Source of the DNA: a virus | Taxonomy: Duplodnaviria; Caudoviricetes | Virus record (IMG/VR): IMGVR_UViG_3300033076_000178 | Coordinates: 1 to 26,862 of that record | Reading direction: 5' to 3' (one strand) | DNA: 26,862 bases | Shown here: positions 17,082 to 25,901 of the stretch, piece after piece | Layout: every line of letters begins with the position of its first letter | Position numbering within the stretch: the stretch's first letter is position 1 | Translations under genes and position numbers: made by a program | Notes under the pieces: generated by a model | The model's database searches: none | Seen by the model: the letters and a program-made list of their open reading frames with translations, nothing else | What the model was told of the DNA's origin: nothing

Positions 17082-19063
17082 ACAGGCAGAATCTTCTTCG
17101 GGTTAGATTGGTAGGCCAAACCCTTACCAGACTTGCGCTTCTTGGCGATGCGATCCAGCATAGCGTAGAGCTGCTTCGAGCCGGCTTCAGTCGAGCCATT
17201 ACCCAGTTCGCTTACAGCCCGCGCTGGGATTACAAACTCACCGTCAGCAAGACGGGCAGGGCGCTTGCCTTCAATAGATGCTGGGATGCTGTCAGATACG
17301 CCGTCACCCGGGCCGCGCAGTAACTGTCCGCCATCCGAGTAGTAACCAAGGTTAGCAATGCCGCCGCCAGCGTACTGGTCTTTACCCGCAATGTGCCGGA
17401 TAACCGGGCTATTAAAGGCGTTGCGCTTGTCTTCATCAGCCTGAAGCGCTGCTCGCATTTCACCAGCTTCTTTTTGATGCCCTGATACACTGGCAATAGG
17501 CCACAGCGCACGGTAGGACTCAAGCTGGTTTTGTCTGTCTCGCTCTTGGTTCTGCTCTTGTAAGATCGTACGGATAGCGTCGGCACCTTGTGGGCCTGTG
17601 TAGCCACCTTCGGCCATACCTTGCGTATACCGCTCGTCCCACTTCTGTTTGAAGTCGGCTTCTTGTTTAGCCTTAGCCGCAGCTGCGATACCAGCTTCTT
17701 CTTCGGCACGCTTGCGCTCATCTTCCTTGCGCTTCTGGGCATTATATTGGTTTGCACCGGGGATCAAAGAACCCATAGCGCCGCCCGGCATTACCTGATC
17801 TGCGCCCAGCGCGCCGTATAGTTTGCCGTGCCATTCGCCCAGCGCACCGCCCGGTTGCAGGCTTTCGGTAAGGCCAGAGAAACCGCCACGAGTTTGTTCA
17901 CCCCAGCCAGTACCCATAAGACCGCCGCCAGCGTAGTTCAAACCACCGCCGGGATGGTAGCCGCCGTCAGCCGCTTCATCAACGCCCTCGTAGTCACCAT
18001 AAACGTCCCCACCGCGAGCCATATTCACGTTGCCGTACTGCGGACGATCAACCACACGGGTACGGCGCTCGCCTGTAGAGGTGTAATAGACTTCCGATTT
18101 AGGCAGCGTTTTGTCAATCCCAACGCCGGTATCTGTTCCGCTCAGATCGCCTTGGTTTAATGAAGCCAGACCCAGCGTACCCATAGCCACTTTAGGAACA
18201 GCGCCAGCAGCGGCATCGGACTTAAGAAACTCCATCTTAGAAGCGTATTGCGGGACTTCTGGTGGAGGAGTGACAGGTGTATTGGCTACCTGTTGGCCAC
18301 TAGGAAGCGTTGTGATCCCCGTATCACCATTAACCGAAGCTACGTCGTGATACTGCTGGAGAGCTAGTTCGCTATTTGCTGGAGGTGGGGTGACTGGCGC
18401 CGCTGCCGGAGCTGCCGTTGGAGCCGCTGTAGCTGCCGGAGTACCGGCATTAAAGGCTTGGGCGCCGTCCTGCATACCTGTAACAAACGCATTTGAGGCG
18501 TTCGGTGTGGCTCCGCCAAAGCTACCAAAGGCTTGCTCTGTGCCACCAAAAGTCGGTGTACCTGTGAACGCATTAGCACCACCAAGGCCTGCATCAGCAG
18601 GAGGAACGACAGCAGTGGTAGCACCGGGAGTAGTGGCAGTAGTGGCCGCGCCAGTACCAGCCTCGGCAAGACCAGCGCCTAGTGTGCCAGCACCATAACC
18701 AGAGATAGCGCCTAGACCACCGCCCATCAGGACGTCTTGAGTGCTTCCGCCTTGAATAGCTTTAGTACCAGCACCGGTAGCAGCACCGGCAAGAGCAGCG
18801 GCGGGGGCAGCCATAGTACCGCCCGTCATAGCGCCGGCAGCCAGACCCGCAACGGCAGGCAGAACAGGGACGACGTATTGGTTAAAGAAGTTCGCCTCAC
18901 GCAAGCCTGTGCGTGGGTTACGCGGTAGGTCAGCACCATCAAGACCGCGCTTAATGCGGTTCAAAGCGGCAACTTCACCCTTGGTGACGTGCATCAATTC
19001 GGTGTCGCCATTACGGCCGTGTGCCGCTAGTAGGGCGGCTAATCCTTTGGTTTGAGCTGACAT
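17078..19063 (-). CDS. Putative internal virion/ejection protein (661 aa)
   Basis: N-terminal GRNGDTELMH...NPRTGLRE domain; Gly/Ala hydrophobic zipper; P/A/T linker; C-terminal GPGDGVSDSIPA...LADGEFVIP domain resembling tape-measure C-terminal motifs. Confidence 0.7.
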   Translation of the reverse strand: MSAQTKGLAALLAAHGRNGDTELMHVTKGEVAALNRIKRGLDGADLPRNPRTGLREANFFNQYVVPVLPAVAGLAAGAMTGGTMAAPAAALAGAATGAGTKAIQGGSTQDVLMGGGLGAISGYGAGTLGAGLAEAGTGAATTATTPGATTAVVPPADAGLGGANAFTGTPTFGGTEQAFGSFGGATPNASNAFVTGMQDGAQAFNAGTPAATAAPTAAPAAAPVTPPPANSELALQQYHDVASVNGDTGITTLPSGQQVANTPVTPPPEVPQYASKMEFLKSDAAAGAVPKVAMGTLGLASLNQGDLSGTDTGVGIDKTLPKSEVYYTSTGERRTRVVDRPQYGNVNMARGGDVYGDYEGVDEAADGGYHPGGGLNYAGGGLMGTGWGEQTRGGFSGLTESLQPGGALGEWHGKLYGALGADQVMPGGAMGSLIPGANQYNAQKRKEDERKRAEEEAGIAAAAKAKQEADFKQKWDERYTQGMAEGGYTGPQGADAIRTILQEQNQERDRQNQLESYRALWPIASVSGHQKEAGEMRAALQADEDKRNAFNSPVIRHIAGKDQYAGGGIANLGYYSDGGQLLRGPGDGVSDSIPASIEGKRPARLADGEFVIPARAVSELGNGSTEAGSKQLYAMLDRIAKKRKSGKGLAYQSNPKKILPV

Positions 19064-19094
19064 AGGGCGTCCCCTGTGGAGTTAAGGCAGTTTA

Positions 19095-20204
19095 TCACGC
19101 TGTTGCCAGCGTGGAAACAAAAGATACTGTAACAATGATAGACGGCGTAGACGGGCGCACTGGTGCTGTCTGTTCCGGGATGGCTTCAACAAACACAGCC
19201 GAGTTGTCGGTGTGCCACACAATCTCAACGTAGTCGTCCGTTGCTAGGTCAACAAAGTAGTTAAGCGCTGCGATCAGGTGCCCGTTAATGCCGCCATGTT
19301 TACCGGGGACAGAGAACTGGCTGTTGCTTTTAGGGATCGTCTCGTCGTTCTTCTTGAACCAAATGTCGACGTCGTGAATCTGCGTGTCAGTATTTGAAAA
19401 CTGCGCGCTGAACTGAATGTTGTACAGCCCCGGCTGGGAGACTGTGATTTTAGAGTCCGAGCGGCCTGTAATAGTGGTGCTGGCTACTGTTTGGCTAGGG
19501 CTGACGGAGTAAGTGCCTGTGTATCCCCAAGGCCGGAAAACGTACGTACCAGCAGCCTGAACAGTGAAGTTAGCGCTGAGAACGACGGTGGTATTCCCTG
19601 TACCTGAGTCGTAGGTTAAGCTTGTAACCCGCGTATTAGCCGGAACGCCTGTCCCTGATACGAACTGCCGGACTTCAATGTTCCCAGCCCCGCCGCTAAC
19701 AACAAACGTAGCCGTGCCTGCCCCACCACCGCTTACAAAAGACTGCGTACCGGAGATCGGGGTGGCCGTCGAGCTAAGCTGGAGATAGATGTACGTACCA
19801 GACGTAACGCCCGTGCCTGACAGCAGCATCCCCGGATAGAACCGGCCAGACGTTACGGCCGTGCAAGTAAGCGTTGTCGTGGTGATCGACGAGGTAGACT
19901 CAACCAAACGGGATACGACAGAAATACCTTGGCTGTAATCCGTGGTGTTTAATCGGAAGGCGTAGGGGATTGTGGTAGATCCATCGTACTGGCTGGTGTC
20001 GTCCTGAAAGGCGCCGTACACCGTATTGAGGTGCTGACCCCCGGCAGGCCCAAGCAGCGCGGCGAGAGCCGTGTCATTGACCCGGTTGAAGTACAGGCGC
20101 AGGACGTTGTTGAACTGATCGTGATACCGGCCTTCGTAGTCTTTAGGAGCCGCCGGTAAGTTCGGCGACGTCGGTACCAGTAGCGAGTTGACAATCGTAG
20201 TCAT
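19095..20204 (-). CDS. Virion appendage protein with a C1q/TNF-like C-terminal domain
   Basis: N-terminal helix NNVLRLYFNRV; YGAF...KITVSQPGLYNIQFSAQF...DDYVEIVW matches the C1q/BclA-like jelly-roll pattern. Confidence 0.65.
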   Translation of the reverse strand: MTTIVNSLLVPTSPNLPAAPKDYEGRYHDQFNNVLRLYFNRVNDTALAALLGPAGGQHLNTVYGAFQDDTSQYDGSTTIPYAFRLNTTDYSQGISVVSRLVESTSSITTTTLTCTAVTSGRFYPGMLLSGTGVTSGTYIYLQLSSTATPISGTQSFVSGGGAGTATFVVSGGAGNIEVRQFVSGTGVPANTRVTSLTYDSGTGNTTVVLSANFTVQAAGTYVFRPWGYTGTYSVSPSQTVASTTITGRSDSKITVSQPGLYNIQFSAQFSNTDTQIHDVDIWFKKNDETIPKSNSQFSVPGKHGGINGHLIAALNYFVDLATDDYVEIVWHTDNSAVFVEAIPEQTAPVRPSTPSIIVTVSFVSTLATA

Positions 20205-22078
20205 CGACGGCCGTCCGGACGAATATCGAGGCGGTTAGCGCCAAGTTGCCACATAACGCCAACATCAACAGACTCAACACGGAAAATGGCTTGGCGACCG
20301 CGAATACGGATCCATACCTGATTTGTGTACTGATCCACCGGCGCAGACGAAGAGCGGCCTACATTGCGGCTATTTTCTTGCTGGATGTCGCCACCCGGGA
20401 AGTTACGCGCAGACAGTGTGTAGACCACAGACGGCGTGGTTGACGTGGAGTTCTGGAACGTAATATCCGGAATGATCCGCTTCACGAAGCTAAACTTATC
20501 GCCGTCGTCGATGTCAAAGTCTGCCGACTCAATATACGCACGGATTGCGCTTGGCGGATTGGTTGAACCGTCGTCGCAGCCGAACTCTTGTTGGTACATA
20601 TACCCGTCATTAGAACAGGCAAAAGGAGCACCGCGGATGTGGGTGTCCAGCCAAACCGTACGGTTAAGCGTGCCGTAGTACCAGATGTTCTCTAGGTAGT
20701 TGTACACAACGTACTTGTCAATGTTGTTAGACAGAGCCGAGCAGTAGAACCACATGATCTCGCCGAACTGCTCATTCAAACCAACCTGAATCTGGAGCGA
20801 CTGTGCGCGGTTAATGTCGCTGTAAACGTAACGGCGCAGAGAGCAGGGGAGTGTCTCGACGCGGCCAGAGTAAGCATAGAACTTGTCTGTACCCATCCAA
20901 TAGGTGACGTTGTTAACCGAGATCTGCGCGTTTGGTGAGATCAGCGAGCAGTTGTCAGACAGCGTCTGGAGGGAGAAAGTGTACGGAGCGCCAACGTATT
21001 GCAGCGAGTGCAGCGACGTATCAGTCCACACCAGAATTTCTTGGCGGGTTTGACGGGCGCCTACGATTTCAGAGCCGATAGGCACGCGCATGTCGCCGGC
21101 CGAGTTAGTGGCGCTTGGCAGCCAGTTGGCTGGGTCTTCCTGATCGCACCAGCGGATAAGCAGCGGGTCTTGCTCAGTTTCGCCAATAGCGTTTGTACCG
21201 AAAGCTACTACGTGGCGCTCATCGGTCGACACCACATAGTTTGAGAACAGAGGCACTGCCGCAGCCCCGGGCAGCTCGGTTAAAGAAATGGCTCGGTTCT
21301 GTGAGGAGTAGCCAAGAGATGGGCGCCAGTAATAAATCTCGCCGCCTCGGACGTTGGCCAACAGGTTTTCACCGAAGTTATCAAAGAACCACAGGCGTAG
21401 CTGGATATTAGACGTTGCAGCAATACTAGCCGCCGAACCCCAACCGCCACGACCCCAGCTACCGGCACCCCAACCCGTACCGCCCGAAGCGTACTCAACG
21501 CCGTTCTCAAGCAGCATCTGCACCGTGATATTAACGCCGCCGCCAGTCGTGCTGGACGACGCGGTGCTGGCAACTTCAAACTCAAAGTAGTTAGCCGACG
21601 GTGTAGCTGTAACAATGTGCTCGCCATTAAGCTCGCTGGCCGGTATGCCGCCGACAGGGCCGGTAGCGCCAGAAATCACAACGTAACTGTCCACTACCGC
21701 GGCATGGCCGCTTAGGTTCACACGGATGGTGTGCGTACCGTTAAAAGTCTGTAGGCAGTTATCGGTAGATGGGCTGGTGCTGTGGGTGCGTGTCTGAACG
21801 GACGGGGTGATGTCAAAGATAGACTGCCCGCGCTCGCCGTACAGCTTAATGTTGGTACCCAGCGCCATGATGTCATCGCCGTCCAAGTCCATCCAGTTGA
21901 ACAGCTGGCGGCAAGCGCCGAGGAACGGGGTGGTAATAGCGCGTTGCCAACCGCCGATTTTCTCCGGCGTACCGGAGCGGAACCGCATTTTATCCATCGA
22001 CCACCAGCGACCTTCGTTGGCATAGCGGGTATTTTCCTTGTCGATGCCGGAAGCGAATTTATAGGTCTTAAGGGTCAT
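20201..22078 (-). CDS. Tail hub/packaged-DNA stabilisation-like protein (P22 gp10 / tail tubular B type)
   Basis: 625 aa beta-rich; KIGGW, IRWCDQED, YWMG and YVVYNY..NIWYYG propeller-like motifs; gene position upstream of the ejection block. Confidence 0.7.
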   Translation of the reverse strand: MTLKTYKFASGIDKENTRYANEGRWWSMDKMRFRSGTPEKIGGWQRAITTPFLGACRQLFNWMDLDGDDIMALGTNIKLYGERGQSIFDITPSVQTRTHSTSPSTDNCLQTFNGTHTIRVNLSGHAAVVDSYVVISGATGPVGGIPASELNGEHIVTATPSANYFEFEVASTASSSTTGGGVNITVQMLLENGVEYASGGTGWGAGSWGRGGWGSAASIAATSNIQLRLWFFDNFGENLLANVRGGEIYYWRPSLGYSSQNRAISLTELPGAAAVPLFSNYVVSTDERHVVAFGTNAIGETEQDPLLIRWCDQEDPANWLPSATNSAGDMRVPIGSEIVGARQTRQEILVWTDTSLHSLQYVGAPYTFSLQTLSDNCSLISPNAQISVNNVTYWMGTDKFYAYSGRVETLPCSLRRYVYSDINRAQSLQIQVGLNEQFGEIMWFYCSALSNNIDKYVVYNYLENIWYYGTLNRTVWLDTHIRGAPFACSNDGYMYQQEFGCDDGSTNPPSAIRAYIESADFDIDDGDKFSFVKRIIPDITFQNSTSTTPSVVYTLSARNFPGGDIQQENSRNVGRSSSAPVDQYTNQVWIRIRGRQAIFRVESVDVGVMWQLGANRLDIRPDGRR

Positions 22079-22126
22079 GGTGCGTCCTTTGATACTGCCA
22101 AGGTTAGTATGCGGTTATCTTACAGC

Positions 22127-22639
22127 TTAGGCGGCCATTTCTAAAGCTTTTTTGTGGACTTCGTCACACCGGCGCAGCCACCCTTTACCAAACGTCGGGA
22201 AGGTCGGAAGCGACTTGTAAAACGACTCGCGGCGGTCACACGTCTTGTTGATAATCAGGTTAGCCCCGAAAGCCTCAGCAGCAGCCAGAGTTCTAGGCCC
22301 AATGCTGCCATCAGCAGTAACGCCGACAGCTTCTTGAAGGAACTTAGCGGCTCGTCCGGTTCCTGAATTAACAGCGACATCAAACACAACATAGTCGACG
22401 CCAGCATGAAGGTTATCGCATTTGCAAGCATCCCAGTACCTCTTACGGTAGAACGGCGTTACGTCTTCGACAGTCAGCGCTTTGATGTCGTCTTTGGTTA
22501 CTTCACGGCCTACATACTCTTCCCAAGCCTTCTTGGTCACGCCTCGGTTAGTAGCACCGCCCGGGTCGGCCGGGTGGTCAACGTAGCCGCCCTCGTGCTT
22601 GAGGACTTCAGCTAGACACTTCTCGAAGTTGTCTCGCAT
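22127..22639 (-). CDS. Endolysin, glycoside hydrolase family 108 with C-terminal peptidoglycan-binding domain
   Basis: HEGGYVDHPADPGGATNRGVT catalytic signature; FDVAVNSG; ADGSIGPRT; FGKGWLRR. Confidence 0.93.
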   Translation of the reverse strand: MRDNFEKCLAEVLKHEGGYVDHPADPGGATNRGVTKKAWEEYVGREVTKDDIKALTVEDVTPFYRKRYWDACKCDNLHAGVDYVVFDVAVNSGTGRAAKFLQEAVGVTADGSIGPRTLAAAEAFGANLIINKTCDRRESFYKSLPTFPTFGKGWLRRCDEVHKKALEMAA

Positions 22640-23058
22640 TATTCGTCTGCCTTGGTCTTAGCGTTGTTCTTCATTTCCATGATCTTCTCAAGGCTGCGGC
22701 CGCCAAAGTAAGCGGTCATCACCAACATGCCCCACTGCCCCAGCAGCTCAACGTAGGCCGACTTGGTTTCGTAGTCGAACATCGACATGAAGGCAAAGAA
22801 CGAATAGGCACACAGAATAAAAATCAGCGTCATGGGGCGGATGTTCTTGGCCAGCCAGCTGTCCGTGCCCGCATCTGCCTGCCAGCGCTTGGAGATCTCC
22901 TGCGCCTCGACGTTGTCGGCTTGCAGGTTAGCGATTAGCATATCCTTCTTGTTGTTCTCCAGCTCCTGCGCCATCTTGGCTTTCAGCTCTGGATCCGGGA
23001 TGAACTTGTCGATAATCTTAAGGCCGGCTGCGATTGCGTCATCAATACCAAAAGCCAT
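22639..23058 (-). CDS. Holin (GTA/3TM-holin-like)
   Basis: IIDKFIPDP, SWLAKNIRP, two hydrophobic helices, YFGGRSLEK; TAATG-coupled to the endolysin. Confidence 0.82.
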   Translation of the reverse strand: MAFGIDDAIAAGLKIIDKFIPDPELKAKMAQELENNKKDMLIANLQADNVEAQEISKRWQADAGTDSWLAKNIRPMTLIFILCAYSFFAFMSMFDYETKSAYVELLGQWGMLVMTAYFGGRSLEKIMEMKNNAKTKADE

Positions 23059-23060
23059 GG

Positions 23061-23408
23061 TCAGCTCCTCATTGTGGTGGTGTCGTTACCCTTGGTCACA
23101 GTGACCTTGCCGTCCTCAACTTCTACGGCCATCGGCGGTTCCTGCTTGTCAACGCGGGCGATCAGCTCTTTGATAACCTCAAACTCAGGCTTCTCTTGCT
23201 TAGGACTAGCACCGGCAATGCCGTTCATCATGGAGATCAGGGCAGTTAGAGACGCGCCAAGCAAGCCCATAACGGCCGCCATCTTGGACTCTTCCAGAAC
23301 GATCGAAGCGCCTACGCCCATAGCCACAATTAGCGTGATGTAGAACAGGCCTTGCTTACCGATGGTCTTACCGGCTACTTCCTTTGCTGTTTCGACAGGA
23401 GCGTCCAT
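23061..23408 (-). CDS. Small two-TM membrane protein (115 aa)
   Basis: Likely start is the ATG at 23408 (MDAPVET), just after the upstream stop; TMs GLFYITLIVAMGVGASIVL and MAAVMGLLGASLTALISMM. Confidence 0.75.
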   Translation of the reverse strand: MDAPVETAKEVAGKTIGKQGLFYITLIVAMGVGASIVLEESKMAAVMGLLGASLTALISMMNGIAGASPKQEKPEFEVIKELIARVDKQEPPMAVEVEDGKVTVTKGNDTTTMRS

Positions 23409-23409
23409 A

Positions 23410-23985
23410 TCAGTTCTTCCAAGTAGAGATGCGCGGCGAGAAAGCGTACGTCGCGGTGTAGCGGTTCCGGGGATCGTTAATGAGCCCCTTAATGTTCCAA
23501 CCAAGATTAACGTATACGCACTTGCTACCAGCGCCAAGACGCTTAACCCAGACCAGTTGAAAGAGGCCTCCGGCATGGACTAAGCACCAGCCTTCGACGC
23601 CGGGGCTGTCGTTGACCGCAGGGTTTCCTGAGTAAGTTGCTGTAACAGGAACAGCGGAGTCAAAATAAACGACTCCAACACCATAACCGGGATTACGCCA
23701 AAGCCAGCCGACGCGACCAACATAGGTACTAATACGGGGAGGAAGCTTGAACCGCCACTGCCAATGCTCGTGTTGCCAGCCATAGTCACCATCCAAAGAG
23801 TTGTCAGGGGTTTGAAACCAGTTCAGCCGCTTAGTCAGGTAGTATCCATAGCCATAAATGTTCCCGTTGTCATGCCAACCCTCACGATACTGCGCAAAGA
23901 ACGGCAGCACAAAGGCCAGAGGAAAGGTAAGAACCGTGACGGCAAGCATCACGGGCAGCAGGGCAATCCAGCGCAAGTAGTTCAT
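23410..23985 (-). CDS. Hypothetical membrane-anchored, Trp/Tyr-rich phage protein (191 aa)
   Basis: N-terminal hydrophobic helix; WFQTPDNSLDGD, WLWRNP and NLGWNI motifs; ATGA overlap with the upstream gene. Confidence 0.8.
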   Translation of the reverse strand: MNYLRWIALLPVMLAVTVLTFPLAFVLPFFAQYREGWHDNGNIYGYGYYLTKRLNWFQTPDNSLDGDYGWQHEHWQWRFKLPPRISTYVGRVGWLWRNPGYGVGVVYFDSAVPVTATYSGNPAVNDSPGVEGWCLVHAGGLFQLVWVKRLGAGSKCVYVNLGWNIKGLINDPRNRYTATYAFSPRISTWKN

Positions 23986-24200
23986 ACGCCACCAAACGTA
24001 ATAGCGAAGGCAGGGACAGATGTGGCGTGGATGGCCACGCTTTGGGCCAAACTCAGAGGGGCGCCGCAGTCAGCACAGGTATTGGCTTTAATCTCGTTCT
24101 CGTCAAGGTCGTAGCCGCAGCTAGCGCATACCTTTTTTACCTCTGTGGCGCAGTCAACTACGCCGTTTCCTAGTTCTTCTGCCTGTTTAGTTTCTAGCAT
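23982..24200 (-). CDS. Zinc-ribbon-like small protein (72 aa)
   Basis: CASCG and CADCG knuckles; SD AGGA. Confidence 0.75.
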   Translation of the reverse strand: MLETKQAEELGNGVVDCATEVKKVCASCGYDLDENEIKANTCADCGAPLSLAQSVAIHATSVPAFAITFGGV

Positions 24201-24209
24201 GGGTGTTCC

Positions 24210-25013
24210 TTACCAAGAGAAATACGCGTAGCCGCTGGTGCCTAAGCCGCCCCAGCATGGAGAGTTGCCGTTATCTTCACGGACGTAGTTAGACCAAGCG
24301 CCTGCACCGCCGCCACCGTAGTCGATACCGTTCAGTTCATTGTGGATCTGATTACCGCCGCCGTAGCTACCGCCCGGGGTGCGGTTGCCGTTAATGCCTG
24401 CACCGCCGTAACCACCAACACCGCCTTGAGCGTTTTGCCCGTTATCAACGGTCACTGTGAGCGATGAGTTAGCTGTAGTCGTTGAGCCGCCCGGGAATGT
24501 ACGCCCCGCGTCACCTACGCCGCCGTAACCGCCTGTACCGCCTAGCAGGTAGTAAGTGCCGGCTGCTGTGTAAATGTACGTCGTACCGCCCGTACCGCCT
24601 TGGTTATCAGAGTCACGACCGCCGTAAGCGCGAGAACCACCGCCACCAATGACAACCGAGATAGTCTCGCCCGGAGTAACAGGGATAGAATAGTTGCTAA
24701 CCTTCTGGCCTCCAGAGCCGCCGCCAGAGCCGCCGTAGTCATCGTTTCGACCACCATCCACCACGTTACCCGCAGAGCCGCCGCCACCAATAGCGGTTAA
24801 GAACATGCTGTGCACGCCGGTTGGAACAGTGAAGCTGCCGTTTGAGGTGAACGTGCGTGTGCCCGGAACTGGATTGACGTCTTCCCAGATGCCGCCGTTC
24901 TTAATCCAAACTTTGCTTACGGCTCTCCAGACGCCTCCGCTCTTAACCCATATTGTGGATGGGTTGCGCCAAGTACCGCCGCTTTTAACGAAGAGTGTCG
25001 AGTTAGTAGGCAT
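24210..25013 (-). CDS. Glycine-rich tail fibre/receptor-binding-like protein
   Basis: Three N-terminal [FW][VI]KxGGxW repeats; TFTSNGSFTVP...AIGGGGS...IPVTPGETISVVIGGGG...YGGGGAG pattern typical of phage Gly-rich fibre domains. Confidence 0.75.
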   Translation of the reverse strand: MPTNSTLFVKSGGTWRNPSTIWVKSGGVWRAVSKVWIKNGGIWEDVNPVPGTRTFTSNGSFTVPTGVHSMFLTAIGGGGSAGNVVDGGRNDDYGGSGGGSGGQKVSNYSIPVTPGETISVVIGGGGSRAYGGRDSDNQGGTGGTTYIYTAAGTYYLLGGTGGYGGVGDAGRTFPGGSTTTANSSLTVTVDNGQNAQGGVGGYGGAGINGNRTPGGSYGGGNQIHNELNGIDYGGGGAGAWSNYVREDNGNSPCWGGLGTSGYAYFSW

Positions 25014-25868
25014 TTAGATCTGATACCAAATGTCGCCGTCGTTACCGCCACTTGGAGCCGAAGAAGACACCGTACGGACGCCGTAGCTGTTGTAAGAGGT
25101 CGAGGTTGGAGAAATGGTTGTGGTGCCGCCGACGGTGGACACTTGAATACCGCCCGAGCCGGTCAGTGTTTGAGCGCCTGTTTGCAGGTTTAGGGACGTT
25201 ACGCCAGCGTTGGTAACGACTGGGTTGCCCGCTACTCCGTCGCCATTGGTCACAGTGATGCCCGTGCCTGCCGTAATAGTACGCAGAGCTGTGGTCGATG
25301 CGCCTGTGCGCACGCCAATACCAGTACCGCCCACAGGGATGCCGTTGGTCGACACATACGCGCAGGTAGCGATTTGGTTGGTATTGGTGCCATCCGGAGC
25401 AGTTGGCGCCGTTGGAGTTCCGGTCAGCGCTGGGCTGGCAAGTGTCGCGCCAGATAGATACGATACGGCCGGCAGGCAGTCGGTGCCGTCGCAGTACAGG
25501 AAACCGGTCATCCCGTTAGGGATCGTGTAGCCCGTGCCGCCAGAGGTCTTGACCACGATGTTTTGACCGCCAGTCGTCGAGTTCTTGAACACGTACAGCT
25601 TTTCTTCAGCCGGGATAATGATGTTGCGCGAGCCAGTCAACGAGCCGATCGAGGTCATAACGATGACCGCATTGCGAGCCTCATCCACAGAACCGTTCAG
25701 AGCCGACAGCGTGTAGTCGGTATCCGTCATCGGGATCGTTTCAACCCCGGTGATAGCCTGCTCAATCAGAGCGCCGAGGTTGTTGTTCGTAGTGTCGCCC
25801 CACAAGCCCGACTGATCGCCGGTACCAATGAGTTCAATTCGCAGTGTCGGTGAATATGTCGAGGCCAT
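25014..25868 (-). CDS. Tail fibre protein
   Basis: SD AAGGAG; N-terminal MASTYS...WGDTTNNN anchor; LASPALTGTPTAPT...QIAT..YV fibre motif; ITAGTGIT, GVTSLN; C-terminal PSGGNDGDIWYQ. Confidence 0.82.
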   Translation of the reverse strand: MASTYSPTLRIELIGTGDQSGLWGDTTNNNLGALIEQAITGVETIPMTDTDYTLSALNGSVDEARNAVIVMTSIGSLTGSRNIIIPAEEKLYVFKNSTTGGQNIVVKTSGGTGYTIPNGMTGFLYCDGTDCLPAVSYLSGATLASPALTGTPTAPTAPDGTNTNQIATCAYVSTNGIPVGGTGIGVRTGASTTALRTITAGTGITVTNGDGVAGNPVVTNAGVTSLNLQTGAQTLTGSGGIQVSTVGGTTTISPTSTSYNSYGVRTVSSSAPSGGNDGDIWYQI

Positions 25869-25901
25869 GGTGGCTCCTTAAGCAATTTTAGTAGTTATAC
25901 A

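Noticed and set aside
23409-23576. N-terminal 56-aa extension of the 171-aa ORF call
   Set aside because: It overlaps the 191-aa gene; the ATG at 23408 just after that gene's stop is the more plausible start.
24210-25013. Gly-rich fibre gene as a diversity-generating retroelement target
   Set aside because: No reverse transcriptase and no template/variable repeat pair visible in the window.
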